Under the pieces are notes generated by a model. The model was not told the origin of the DNA. It ran no database searches and was given only the letters and a program-made list of their open reading frames with translations. This document shows, in pieces, positions 1 through 10,004 of a stretch of 64,000 bases of DNA. A program made the position numbers and the translations under genes. Positions within the stretch are counted from its first letter, which is position 1. The number at the start of each line of letters is the position of its first letter. Source of the stretch: an uncultured Verrucomicrobiae bacterium (GTDB lineage Bacteria > Verrucomicrobiota > Verrucomicrobiia > Limisphaerales > Palsa-1400); contig CAVPOM010000018.1 in assembly GCA_963707025.1 (NCBI GenBank), positions 480,001 to 544,000 on the forward strand, written 5' to 3'.

Positions 1-474
1 AAACATCACATAGGTCGAGTAGGTGACGAAGTTTGTCTCGGCCTTTTGTTTGCGCCGGTACACTTCCACCACGTAGCTGAGGCTTTGGAAAGTATGAAAC
101 GACAGGCCGATGGGCAAAATAATATGCGCCACCACCGGCGGCAGGCGCCACCCCACCAGATTGGCAAGCCCGACAAACGTTCCGGTGAAGAAGTTGAAAT
201 ACTTAAAGACAAAGAGAACGGCGCACGTCGAGACGATGCTCACCACCAGCAGCGCCCGCCGACGACCGCCCTCGCTTCTCTCGATGTAAATTCCAGCTAC
301 ATAGTCAATCCCAATCGTGACAAAAAGGATCAGGATATAGACCGGGATGAACGCCATGTAGAACACGCAACTGGCCGCCAGCAACATCGGCACCCGCAGC
401 CCGCGCGGCAGCGAAAAGTAAAGCGCCACCACCAGGGGGAAGAATACGGCAAACTGAATGGAATTAAAAAGCAT
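1..474 (-). CDS. MBOAT family O-acyltransferase (AlgI-like), N-terminal part, runs off the window; paralog of 2452-3891
   Basis: ATG at 474 reads MLFNSIQFAVFFPLVVALYFSLPRGLR...ILPIGLSFHTFQSLSYVVEVYR; near-identical DNA to 3418-3891. Confidence 0.9.
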   Translation of the reverse strand, partial: MLFNSIQFAVFFPLVVALYFSLPRGLRVPMLLAASCVFYMAFIPVYILILFVTIGIDYVAGIYIERSEGGRRRALLVVSIVSTCAVLFVFKYFNFFTGTFVGLANLVGWRLPPVVAHIILPIGLSFHTFQSLSYVVEVYRRKQKAETNFVTYSTYVMF

Positions 475-507
475 GCCAGTAAAGGCGGAACATATCGCCA
501 GAAGACC

Positions 508-1284
508 TCATGGAGCGCACAGGTTCATCGCCTCCAGCGCGACCCCTGCGGGCAGGATGCGCGCGCCGGACTCGACGGACCAACGGACCACTGTCTCAAA
601 AACATCAGGCCTGCACCCAAACGGCGTCGGGTTTTCGCAGACATCGTGCGTGGCGAAAACGAGCCAGCCTTTGGCGGCGCGGTTGCTTTGAATCGTGCTT
701 TTAACAAAATCAGGGTCGTTCCTGCTCTTCTCCAAAAAAAAGGCCGATAAATTGTTGAGGTCGGTGGCCCCGGCGTTGTAAACCATTCCCCCGCCGCGGC
801 AGCCGGAAAAGTAACGAGCCGCCCGGCGCTTGGTAGCAGGACGGGGGCACGCTATGGGATACGAGTGCGTTTTGAAAACAGCCCCCGGAACCAATTGTTG
901 CAACGCGCGCCGATTTTCAAGGATGGACGCCTCAAAGGCTGACGGCTTCGTGTTCCAGGCGTGGCAATGGCCAAACGTATGGCATCCCAATTCATGGCCA
1001 TCGGCCAGCAGCCGCTCAATATCACCGCCATTAAAGATTCGCCCGACGGCGGAATCCTGATTCATTAACCCAAAGGACGCGTAAAACGTCCCTACAGCAC
1101 CATATTGGCGCAGAATGACCCCGCCAGTCCTGAGCGCCGAGACGGGAAAATCATCGAACGTGAAGGAAATAATGGGAGTTTTCGATCGCAAATCCGCCAC
1201 GCGCCGTCCAAAATAACGAGCCATCTCGAGTTGATATCGGCCAAGGATTCTGGTCTTCAAGTTCGAAAAGTTCATTAACCGCAT
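508..1284 (-). CDS. Polysaccharide deacetylase (NodB/CE4-like)
   Basis: ISFTFDD and HELGCHTFGH metal-binding motifs, WLVFATHDV; start 1284 or 1275. Confidence 0.85.
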   Translation of the reverse strand: MRLMNFSNLKTRILGRYQLEMARYFGRRVADLRSKTPIISFTFDDFPVSALRTGGVILRQYGAVGTFYASFGLMNQDSAVGRIFNGGDIERLLADGHELGCHTFGHCHAWNTKPSAFEASILENRRALQQLVPGAVFKTHSYPIACPRPATKRRAARYFSGCRGGGMVYNAGATDLNNLSAFFLEKSRNDPDFVKSTIQSNRAAKGWLVFATHDVCENPTPFGCRPDVFETVVRWSVESGARILPAGVALEAMNLCAP

Positions 1285-1309
1285 CAAAGATCATGCCGTC
1301 ATGACAGGA

Positions 1310-2455
1310 TTATTGGCTGGGCGGCAAAGCCATCCGCCCCGGGCCGCTTCCATTGCCTCGGGCCAACAATTGCAAACGCTGGGCCACATCACGCGAGAAC
1401 GCTTCCGCTCCACGCGCGTTCAGGTGCCGCGAATTGAAGAAGAGGTCGCGGTTTTTGCAATAATCCGACCCGCTATAGTCCCAGAAGGGAACCTCGAAGT
1501 GTTGAGAGAGTTCCCGAAATTTTTCCATGATTTGTTTTCTGTTCGTTTCCAGCTTTTGCAGTTCATAATACTCTGGAGAATACACCAAAACGACTTGAAT
1601 TCCCTGCTGATGGCACAAATCAATCAACGCCTCCAGGCTGCGCACGCCCTCGGGTTCAATTGCATAATGCACACCCGCGCTATTACCTGCTTTGAAACGT
1701 TCAAAGTCGCCGTTCCAGGTCGAGAGGCGCGGATTAAAACCTTGATAATAATCTTCGGGGCCCTGAACCCCAAAACACCCTAAAATTCCCCAGACCCACG
1801 TGAATGCCATATCCTCCGCGGCGTATCCGTAGAGGGGTATGTATTTGCATTTCCAGGCGTTCGGTTCCACCCGATGAATAAAACCATAAAGCTCCTGATC
1901 ACGGAGGTAGGGCATGTACAAGCCAGGATCGAACAGCTCCCCTTTCTTTGTTGTTTCACAGCTGAACAGATCCAGATTCTGAACCACCAATTTCGGTTTG
2001 GCATTATGCGCCAGATACGTTTTCAGGATAACAAACTCAAAATCAATCTGGGACGCGTTCACTCCGATATTGTAAGCGCTTCGTCCTGTAAGATTCTGAA
2101 TGATCCGCGGGTCATAGTGATTCAAAGCCCGCGATGACCCGCTTATGATAATATCCGCATTGACATGACCACTCATGATCTCGTTCAAGGCCCCGAACTT
2201 TGAGACTTTGATCCTCTTCAATCCGAAATTTATGGCGGCATTTAATGCAAAAGCACTGACACCGACTAAAAGAAAGAAGGCAACAATTCTGAAAACGCCC
2301 ATCCAGATACTTTTCTCATCAGGCTTCCTGCCATGAGCTTCAGTCTGTGGCACGCCAGGCGACAACTCGTCCTTGCCGTGCTCAAACTCTTTCAAGTCAG
2401 GCGCGACTTGCTGAACAGTGGAACGTCCTGAGGGAATTCTTTTTGCCATCATCAA
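1310..2455 (-). CDS. Membrane-anchored SGNH-like protein (AlgJ/DltD-like MBOAT partner)
   Basis: One TM helix, IIISGSSRA block-I-like motif, C-terminal FFNSRHLNARGA; abuts the MBOAT stop. Confidence 0.65.
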   Translation of the reverse strand: MMMAKRIPSGRSTVQQVAPDLKEFEHGKDELSPGVPQTEAHGRKPDEKSIWMGVFRIVAFFLLVGVSAFALNAAINFGLKRIKVSKFGALNEIMSGHVNADIIISGSSRALNHYDPRIIQNLTGRSAYNIGVNASQIDFEFVILKTYLAHNAKPKLVVQNLDLFSCETTKKGELFDPGLYMPYLRDQELYGFIHRVEPNAWKCKYIPLYGYAAEDMAFTWVWGILGCFGVQGPEDYYQGFNPRLSTWNGDFERFKAGNSAGVHYAIEPEGVRSLEALIDLCHQQGIQVVLVYSPEYYELQKLETNRKQIMEKFRELSQHFEVPFWDYSGSDYCKNRDLFFNSRHLNARGAEAFSRDVAQRLQLLARGNGSGPGRMALPPSQ

Positions 2456-3891
2456 AACTGGAAGTAAATAAACTGGGTCTTGCGAAAAACGCCGAACAGT
2501 ATCACGCCGAGAATCATGAGCGTATAAGCGGCCCAGCGCAACACACCTGGCATCATGGAGAGCCTGTACCTGAATGAAAATTTCGGCTCAAGAAATTGAA
2601 TCCCTTCCAGGGTGATTATCGCCAATATGGCGGCGGGAAAATGTTTCAGTTGAAACTGCTCTGTCGTGATGGATGCGAAGTCCCAATTGGAATAGAAGTG
2701 CGTGAAAACGTACCAAGCGTCCCCCACACTCTTGGCGCGAAACACCACCCAGGCCGCCAGCACGAGTGCAAAGGTCGTGACCATGCTCACGGCGCCGCGC
2801 ACGGAGCCGTTCGGATCCAGACCCAGGGCGCCAAAGAAACGGTCGCGCAGCCCCTGGCCCGCCCTGCCTGCCAGAAGGTAAAAGCCGTTGAGAATGCCCC
2901 AAACGACGTAGGTCCAATTGGCCCCATGCCACAGGCCGCTGATGCCAAAAGTGACCAGGATGTTAAACACCCAGCGGCGCATTGCCACGCGGTTGCCACC
3001 CAATGGGAAGTAAAGATAATCGCGGAACCAGGTGGAAAGGGAAATGTGCCAGCGGTGCCAAAATTCGGATATCGAGCGGGAATAATACGGAGTGTCGAAA
3101 TTCTCCATGAGACGGAAACCCAGGATGCGCGCCGCTCCAATGGCGATGTCCGAATAGCCGGAAAAGTCGCAATAAATCTGGTAGGTGAAGAAGAACGTTG
3201 CGATGGTCAATTGGAGGCCGTTGTAGTTGTGGGGTGCGGCGTAAACGTCGTTCACATATAAGGCCAGGCGATCGGCCACGACCAGTTTCTTGAAGAATCC
3301 CCACGCCATCCGCTTGAGGCCGGAGGTGACGCGGTCATAGTCGAAGCGGTGGTCCTCGTAGAACTGGTGGAGCAGGTTTTGCGGACGTTCAATCGGACCG
3401 GCCACCAACTGCGGGAAAAACATCACGTATGTGGCATAGGTGACGAAGTTTGTCTCGGCCCGGTATTTGCGCCGGTACACTTCCACCACATAGCTGAGGC
3501 TTTGGAAAGTATGAAACGACAGGCCGATGGGCAGAATAATATGCGCCACCACCGGCGGCAGGCGCCACCCCACCAGATTGGCAAGCCCGACAAACGTTCC
3601 GGTGAAGAAGTTGAAATACTTAAAGACAAAGAGAACGGCGCACGTCGAGACGATGCTCAGCACCAGCAGCGCCCGCCGACGACCGCCCTCGCTTCTCTCG
3701 ATGTAAATTCCAGCTACATAGTCAATCCCAATCGTGACAAAAAGGATCAGGATATAGACCGGGATGAACGCCATGTAGAACACGCAACTGGCCGCCAGCA
3801 ACATCGGCACCCGCAGCCCGCGCGGCAGCGAAAAGTAAAGCGCCACCATCAGGGGAAAGAAGACCGCAAACTGAATGGAATTGAAGAGCAT
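2452..3891 (-). CDS. MBOAT family O-acyltransferase (AlgI/PatA-like)
   Basis: LPIGLSFHTFQ, FFPQLVAGPIER, QIYCDFSGYSDIA, FWHRWHISLSTWFRDY, GLWHGANWT, C-terminal FIYFQF. Confidence 0.95.
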   Translation of the reverse strand: MLFNSIQFAVFFPLMVALYFSLPRGLRVPMLLAASCVFYMAFIPVYILILFVTIGIDYVAGIYIERSEGGRRRALLVLSIVSTCAVLFVFKYFNFFTGTFVGLANLVGWRLPPVVAHIILPIGLSFHTFQSLSYVVEVYRRKYRAETNFVTYATYVMFFPQLVAGPIERPQNLLHQFYEDHRFDYDRVTSGLKRMAWGFFKKLVVADRLALYVNDVYAAPHNYNGLQLTIATFFFTYQIYCDFSGYSDIAIGAARILGFRLMENFDTPYYSRSISEFWHRWHISLSTWFRDYLYFPLGGNRVAMRRWVFNILVTFGISGLWHGANWTYVVWGILNGFYLLAGRAGQGLRDRFFGALGLDPNGSVRGAVSMVTTFALVLAAWVVFRAKSVGDAWYVFTHFYSNWDFASITTEQFQLKHFPAAILAIITLEGIQFLEPKFSFRYRLSMMPGVLRWAAYTLMILGVILFGVFRKTQFIYFQF

Positions 3892-4007
3892 TTAGCCGCC
3901 TGCCTGGGGATCCGCCGTTTCGGTGGCTTGGGCATCTGGGCCACCGCCACCAGACGACCGTTGCCTGCGCCACCGGTGGGCTGTCCCAAGAGTCAAGGGG
4001 CAACGCA

Positions 4008-5387
4008 TCATACCGGGGAATACGACCCGCTCCGCGAGTCCGCCAGAGCTTCCGCCGTGCCGGCTGCGGCCTCCTCCACTTGCTCGGCTTGCCTTCGCCA
4101 CGGCTGTGGCTCAATGCAAACCAGGAGGAGCGTCAGCCATAACGAGCTCAAGCGGAAATAGTCGGTTTCGGAGAAATTATACAGGATAGCGATCACACAA
4201 ACGGCGAATGCCAGTCCCCCGTAGTGCGTGCCCCGCGCCATCCCGTCAACCGCGGTTTTGCCAAACGACAGCAACATGATCGCGAAGAGGGCCACGCCGA
4301 CGATGCCGCCATCAATATATTCTTCCAGATAGCCATTGTGCGCCTCGTTGATGACCATCACCTCCTCTCCAATTTCCTTGCCCATTTGGCCGTCCCAAAA
4401 GGAACGGAACCCGCAGCCAAGGATCGGATCGGTATGTTGGGCCTTAACCAGGCGCCAGATCTCTGTCCGGCCAGTGAGGGTTTTGTTCCGCCCCAGCATC
4501 GTGAGTATCTGGCCAGAAATGTCCAACGTGCCATCCAGAGCAATGCAGCAACAGACGACCCCCGCCATCGCCGCCAACGTAAGGCGGGGGCGGCGCAAAC
4601 GGGCATACCAGGAGCTGAGCAAGAGCAAGGGACTGCCGATCACCAAGCAAACAAGCGACGTTTTGCTGTCGCACGTCTGCAACAGCCAGAGGCCGCACAA
4701 CAGCATAGCCACATTAATACGTTTGTCGGTTTTATGCTCAGACTTGTGGTGCTCCCGATAGAGCAGAATCAGATCCAAAACAAGAATGAGGCCGAAGACG
4801 AGCACCGTCAACCCCAGCGAGTTCTTGCCAACCGTCAAGCCCCCAAAGCTGGCATCGCCACTCCGCAACGGGCGCCGCCCGATGGTCGGAAAGTACTTGA
4901 TGGTAATGACCGACAGTGGAAACAGGATGTAGGAACATCTGACATAAACGGTTCGAATGGCCTCCAGCGGATTCTTCTGGGCCAGAAAAACCAAGGCAAC
5001 AAGGACACAACCGAAGTCCTTGCACACACGTTTCAGCGCCACAAACGGATGTTCCGCCCACATCATGCTGATGGCAAAGAACAAATACATCACCAGCAAG
5101 GCCTTGTTCTGAGCCGCAAAGTCGCCCCATCGCATCTGCCGCTGGAACAGGACGATGATCGAGGCTCCCATGAGCGCGCTCATGGAAAGCAGGTCAACGG
5201 TGGTGTTCCCCGGATCGGTGGCGCTGCCGCTCCCAAACCAAGCCCCCACCGGTCGCGAGCCGCTTATCAGCAGCCAGAGGAAGGGAATCCACAATGCTTT
5301 TGACTCAAAGTGGCGGCGCTTGAGATCTTGACGAAACATCCAATAAATCAGGACCAGGCAGCCCAGGAGCGCTAATTTCGGCGGCAT
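4008..5387 (-). CDS. O-antigen ligase/Wzy-like polysaccharide polymerase
   Basis: Multi-TM; SKTS, TLTGRTEIW, PILGCGFRSFW, EAHNGYLE motifs. Confidence 0.85.
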   Translation of the reverse strand: MPPKLALLGCLVLIYWMFRQDLKRRHFESKALWIPFLWLLISGSRPVGAWFGSGSATDPGNTTVDLLSMSALMGASIIVLFQRQMRWGDFAAQNKALLVMYLFFAISMMWAEHPFVALKRVCKDFGCVLVALVFLAQKNPLEAIRTVYVRCSYILFPLSVITIKYFPTIGRRPLRSGDASFGGLTVGKNSLGLTVLVFGLILVLDLILLYREHHKSEHKTDKRINVAMLLCGLWLLQTCDSKTSLVCLVIGSPLLLLSSWYARLRRPRLTLAAMAGVVCCCIALDGTLDISGQILTMLGRNKTLTGRTEIWRLVKAQHTDPILGCGFRSFWDGQMGKEIGEEVMVINEAHNGYLEEYIDGGIVGVALFAIMLLSFGKTAVDGMARGTHYGGLAFAVCVIAILYNFSETDYFRLSSLWLTLLLVCIEPQPWRRQAEQVEEAAAGTAEALADSRSGSYSPV

Positions 5388-5393
5388 ACGATT

Positions 5394-7262
5394 CTACATC
5401 TCCCTTTCTCTGACGGGATTGATGCCCAGCGCGCCCAACATTGTACCCATGTGAAAACAAAGTTTTACCAGGTAGCGCATGAAAAGATGATGGCCGCCCA
5501 AGTGCAGAAAGGGCAACGCCACCGCATAAAGCGGCACGGCCGCGGCCGCTTTGATGAGACGCCCGCCTCGTCCTTCGGGATGGAGATAAGAGTGGTGACC
5601 CCGCAGCAAGCCGCGGCTCAACAAAACGCTTCGTTTCCAGCGCTTTGGTGGAACATACTCGTGGACCACTGCCTCATTGCACCAGATAAATTTGTGGCCT
5701 TTTTCCATCATCCGCCGAAAAAAGTCCATGTCGCCGCCGCTCGCCGCAAATTGCGGCAGAAAAACCGGGTCAAGCCCTTGCACGATGCGCTTGTGAAACA
5801 ACACGTTGCCCGTGCGCGTCTCCGTCCAAGACATGACAAAACCAGTCGGATGCTCGGGACGATCGTAGAGACGGGAGCGGCGAATCCACTTCGGTGCGCT
5901 GTCGTCAAAAAAAGGCCGCACAGGCCCCAGCACCCCGGCCACTTGATGTTGGGTCAAGGCCAGGTAATGGTTTAACAGCCAGTCGTTCTCCGGAAATTCG
6001 TCGTCGTCAATGAAAGCGATGGCGTCCCCCTTGGCCAGCGCGATGGTCAGGTTCCGGACCAATGAAATGCTCCGGGCCGGCTCGGCGCCATAAGTCATCT
6101 CAATCGGGCAGCCACGCCGCATTTCTTCGACGACCGCGCGCCCCGATTCCGCCGGATCATTGTCGGCCACGACAATGGAGTAGGCAAAAAGGCCATCGGT
6201 CTTAAGGCGGCCCAACTCCGTCAATAAGCGTTTGAGCCATGCCGCCCGCTGGTAGGTGCAAATACAAACGCTGATGTGCAGGGGACTTTGCTGGCTTCTG
6301 GATTGTGGGCCGGTGGCGGCGCTGGCGGCGGTCCCGCCAACTGCAGCCGGGCGTTCCATCTTGTCAAGCTTCAGCACGATTTCATCGGCCCGCACTTTGG
6401 AATGTTTGAGGCCGCAAAAAGTCAGCAGCCGGCCGCCATGATCAGAGATCTTGATCAGGTACCACATGAACAGGCGGCCGCTGGCCAACGCCAGGAAGGG
6501 CAGGGCAAGGGTGTAAAGAGGAAGGGCTATCAGAGACTTGACTACTTTCTGCAAACGATCCGTCGGATACTTGAGGGAAACCTGTCCCCGATAGAAAGCT
6601 CGTCTGAGCAAGTAGCGACGCGTCTGCCGCTCCTTTGGCACCAACTCGTGGGCCACCGCTTCATCACACCAAATAAAAACATGCTTCTGTTCGGACATCC
6701 GCCGGAAAAAGTCCATATCCTCGCCCCCGGTTCCGAACTTCCGGTCAAAGGGCTCCGCCACCCCGGCCAGGATCGATCGGCGAATGAGGACGTTTCCGGT
6801 CCGGCACCCGGTCCAGTCTATGTCATGGCCGGTTTCGTGCCTGGGACGAACAAAGATCCTCACGTCAAGAATCCGCGCCTTCGACGCTTCCTCAAAGTAA
6901 GGTTCCACAGGTCCCAGCACCCCGGCCACGTTGTGCTCCGTACAGGTCTTGAAGAGCTGCAAGAGCCAATCTTTCTCGGGGTATTCGTCATCGTCAATGA
7001 AGGCGATGAAATCTCCTTGGGCTTGCCGCACGGCCGTGTTCCGGACCGCGGCGATATTACGCTCCGGCTCAACGCAATAGACCAATTCCAGGCGCTTCGC
7101 AAATTCCGCCGCCGTTGCCTTCGCCGATTGCTGCGCATCATTGTCCACGACCACGACTGAATAAGTAAACAGGTCTCCGGTGTCCTGCTTTTCCAATTCC
7201 TGCAACAACCGCGTCAGCAGCGCAGGCCGATGGTAAGTGCAGATGCAAACACTAATGTGCAT
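5394..7262 (-). CDS. Tandem double GT2 glycosyltransferase
   Basis: Two full GT2 domains, each with HISVCICTY, AFIDDDE, RTGNVL and GGxDMDFFRRM. Confidence 0.9.
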   Translation of the reverse strand: MHISVCICTYHRPALLTRLLQELEKQDTGDLFTYSVVVVDNDAQQSAKATAAEFAKRLELVYCVEPERNIAAVRNTAVRQAQGDFIAFIDDDEYPEKDWLLQLFKTCTEHNVAGVLGPVEPYFEEASKARILDVRIFVRPRHETGHDIDWTGCRTGNVLIRRSILAGVAEPFDRKFGTGGEDMDFFRRMSEQKHVFIWCDEAVAHELVPKERQTRRYLLRRAFYRGQVSLKYPTDRLQKVVKSLIALPLYTLALPFLALASGRLFMWYLIKISDHGGRLLTFCGLKHSKVRADEIVLKLDKMERPAAVGGTAASAATGPQSRSQQSPLHISVCICTYQRAAWLKRLLTELGRLKTDGLFAYSIVVADNDPAESGRAVVEEMRRGCPIEMTYGAEPARSISLVRNLTIALAKGDAIAFIDDDEFPENDWLLNHYLALTQHQVAGVLGPVRPFFDDSAPKWIRRSRLYDRPEHPTGFVMSWTETRTGNVLFHKRIVQGLDPVFLPQFAASGGDMDFFRRMMEKGHKFIWCNEAVVHEYVPPKRWKRSVLLSRGLLRGHHSYLHPEGRGGRLIKAAAAVPLYAVALPFLHLGGHHLFMRYLVKLCFHMGTMLGALGINPVREREM

Positions 7263-7268
7263 GAGACG

Positions 7269-8024
7269 TTATTGGCCCGAGGGTTGTGAGCTTGGGGCGA
7301 GGCTGGGAGCGGCCTCGCCAGCGGCCGCGAGGCGCTTCGGCGCGTCATGCTTCAGGACGACTCCGCAATTATCTACAAAAAGTGACACGGCCTTGCGGCC
7401 GGAGACCAGGCGGAAAAGTGCATCAATACTCGAAAAGAGCGGCCTAATCAGGGGCCATCGGCACAGTCTCGTCGTCATTTTGCCCTCCACCAGCTTGATC
7501 ATCAGGACAGAATAGCCGTGGTCCTCTGCGATGCGAACGACGTTCTTGGGCAGAATAGTCAGTCGCAGGTAGCTCGGAAAGGGGGTCCCCTTGTATTTCA
7601 TAATCTTATGATATACAAAAACATGGAACCAGTGCGGGGTGAATTTCGTCATCAGGCCTTTGAAGGACGCAACATGGGGAAAACCCAGCACCACCAATCC
7701 CCCGGGCTTGACGCTGTTGAAAAGGTTGCGCAGCGCCTCCTGCGGCCGGGACAAATGTTCAATCACATCCCAGCAAACCGCGAGGTCAAATTCGTTCATC
7801 GCCAGGGGATAGGTCTGCAAATCACCGAGAATTTTTTCCTGGATCGCCGTGTTCCGATCTAATTGAACTCGGGAAATGTCGATCCCAACCGATTTGCTTA
7901 TCCCGATGAACTTGAAATGGCTGGCTGAACCACAGCCGGCCTCCAGAAACTTAAGGTCCGTCCTGCCTTCAAACTGCCGGTTGACCAGCTCGGCAATCTC
8001 GTCACGAAACATGTTTGCTGCCAT
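7269..8024 (-). CDS. Class I SAM-dependent methyltransferase
   Basis: LEAGCGS, GIDIS, FDLAVCWDVIEHL, VKPGG. Confidence 0.85.
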   Translation of the reverse strand: MAANMFRDEIAELVNRQFEGRTDLKFLEAGCGSASHFKFIGISKSVGIDISRVQLDRNTAIQEKILGDLQTYPLAMNEFDLAVCWDVIEHLSRPQEALRNLFNSVKPGGLVVLGFPHVASFKGLMTKFTPHWFHVFVYHKIMKYKGTPFPSYLRLTILPKNVVRIAEDHGYSVLMIKLVEGKMTTRLCRWPLIRPLFSSIDALFRLVSGRKAVSLFVDNCGVVLKHDAPKRLAAAGEAAPSLAPSSQPSGQ

Positions 8025-8077
8025 AAGAGTTCCTTTATTGGTTGGAATTTGTTGCGAACTTATGCGGACCGATCTCG

Positions 8078-9907
8078 TTAGTTTCCGCTCTCAATTAAGT
8101 CTCTCTCAATGAATTCGCTGGTCATCAGCTTATGTATGGCCAGCGTATAATTACCCGTCCCCCGGGTATGGTCTTGCACCATCTGCTCCACCCGCCGTCC
8201 GTCAAGATAGGGCCGCCGGAGCGTGCCGGGGTCCAGCAAGACTTCTTTGACACGGTCCGCCAGCTCGTGGCGATACCAGAGGCGGAAATGGTAATACTTC
8301 TGGTGCCCCAGAAACTGGCGTTCCACGTGCAGCGGCCCCAGAACGCGATCCACTTTGGCCAGCCATTGCGGCATGCCGTAGTCGTAGCGGTCCTCGGCCC
8401 TGGGCAAAAGCTCTTTCCAAAAGAGAAAGGCCTTCTCCGGCAGGAAGCGCGGACATGAAAGGTTGCCCCGGTCGGTGGGCGCGCCCACCAGCGCGGAATT
8501 GACGTCCTCGGTATAGCAATAAGCCAGTTGTTTGTTAAGCAGGAGGCCCGGCGGCGCCTGGTAAGCCAGACGCACCAATTCGTTGTCCAAGTAGGGCGAA
8601 CGAATCGTCAATTGGCTGTTCTCCTCGGCAAACCGGCAGTAATGATGCCAGGGCACCTGCTTGAAGGCGATGAATGAGAGACGATGTCCTTTGAATTCTT
8701 CCGCGAAGGTCGAGGCCGCATTGCGATAGATCGGCACGAAGTCGGGGGCGAACATCTCCTCATCCACATAATCGGGCTTGAACGCCACGCCCGATCGCAA
8801 AATCTCGCTCCCGTAGTTGCCCGTCATGCGAACGGGCGCAATGTCCCTGGCCCGCCGATTGACCACCATCCCCACTGCTCCGCTGACATCCATCGCGCCG
8901 TCGGTTATATAGACACACCGCTTGGCCTGGTCGAAATACTCCGGGAAGAAACTTTGGTCCACCGTGATGACCTGGTGCGGCTGATGGCAGCGTCTCGCCA
9001 CCTCACGCGATATGCTTACGTCCTCGCAGTCCCGGTACATCCCCCCAAACGTGTAACACGGAAGTTGGCCGGGGGCGCAAGGCGCGGCGGCAATAATCAT
9101 CCGGCTATCCAAGCCACCCGTCAACGACAAGCCCACCTTCTGGCGTCCGCCAAAATACCGCGGCAGGATGCGTGTGAAAGTTTCCTTCAGGCGCTGGTAA
9201 TATTCCTCGGCCGGCAAGGGAGCCAGGGCTTCCCAGTCCTCCTTGCGAAAATACGTTTCCTTCTGCACAGGCACCCCGGGCCGGAACGTCCACCTCGAGC
9301 CGGGCGGAAGCAGGGAGATACCCTCGAAGAGCGTCCGGTTTTGCAGCGCGCAACCGCACGAGAAAGCCTCCCCTAAACTCCGCAGGTCCAGCCGCCGCAG
9401 TTGCGGCACGGTTTGCAGCAGGGACTTGGCTTCGGACGAAAAGTAAAATCCGTCCCCGCCTTCGTGATAATAAACCCGGGCCAGCCCGTAGCGGTCATTG
9501 AACAGGACGACCTTCTTTTCCCGCAAATCGGCCAGCACGCCGTTAAAAGTCCCGTTGAGCCGTTCGAAGAACTTCGTTCCCAGTTCCTCATACAAATGAA
9601 CCAAATAGGCGGCGGTCGAGCCTGAACAGGCCTGGCCGGCGGCCTGGAGGGCCTGAACTTCGGACGCATCGGCGAAATGCTCGCCCCAAAATATCAGGAC
9701 AATGTCGCGCGCTGCGTTCCAGATCGGCAGACAATCCGAGTACGACCCTTGGTGACAGATCCATCCGACGGCAATTCCCAAAGAATCCTGCTGGAGCGAA
9801 CCAGCAGTATAAAAGGACTCATGGAACATGGGCTTGAGCATGGCCTCAAGCACAGCCTTTCCCTCACTCGGAGAGTGTTTGCCGATGATTCCTGTGATTC
9901 CTGGCAT
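8078..9907 (-). CDS. Asparagine-synthase-like (AsnB family) amide ligase lacking the N-terminal Cys
   Basis: Start MPGITGII at 9907 (the track's longer ORF runs through the tRNA); NDRYG, FSSEAKSL, SLTGGLDSR, RSPYLD. Confidence 0.88.
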   Translation of the reverse strand: MPGITGIIGKHSPSEGKAVLEAMLKPMFHESFYTAGSLQQDSLGIAVGWICHQGSYSDCLPIWNAARDIVLIFWGEHFADASEVQALQAAGQACSGSTAAYLVHLYEELGTKFFERLNGTFNGVLADLREKKVVLFNDRYGLARVYYHEGGDGFYFSSEAKSLLQTVPQLRRLDLRSLGEAFSCGCALQNRTLFEGISLLPPGSRWTFRPGVPVQKETYFRKEDWEALAPLPAEEYYQRLKETFTRILPRYFGGRQKVGLSLTGGLDSRMIIAAAPCAPGQLPCYTFGGMYRDCEDVSISREVARRCHQPHQVITVDQSFFPEYFDQAKRCVYITDGAMDVSGAVGMVVNRRARDIAPVRMTGNYGSEILRSGVAFKPDYVDEEMFAPDFVPIYRNAASTFAEEFKGHRLSFIAFKQVPWHHYCRFAEENSQLTIRSPYLDNELVRLAYQAPPGLLLNKQLAYCYTEDVNSALVGAPTDRGNLSCPRFLPEKAFLFWKELLPRAEDRYDYGMPQWLAKVDRVLGPLHVERQFLGHQKYYHFRLWYRHELADRVKEVLLDPGTLRRPYLDGRRVEQMVQDHTRGTGNYTLAIHKLMTSEFIERDLIESGN

Positions 9908-9929
9908 TCTGGTGCCTGTCAAACGAAGT

Positions 9930-10004
9930 TGGAGCGGGCGGGAGGAATTGAACACTCCATCTCCTGGTTGGAAACCAGGCACTCTGGCGTTGAGCTACAC
10001 CCGC
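9930..10004 (-). tRNA. Atypical tRNA-Gly (anticodon TCC) with encoded CCA
   Basis: GCGGGTG TA GCTC AACGCCA GAGT G CCTGG TTTCCAA CCAGG AGAT GGAGTG TTCAATT CCTCC CGCCCGC T CCA: complete cloverleaf with G1-C72, C2-G71, G3-C70 and U73. Confidence 0.92.

Noticed and set aside
9908..9982. N-terminal extension of the AsnB-like ORF
   Set aside because: It is the tRNA sequence; the family-like N-terminus begins at 9907.
9930..10004. tRNA as an integration (att) site of a mobile element
   Set aside because: No integrase and no duplicated tRNA 3' end seen in the window; both neighbours are co-oriented EPS genes.
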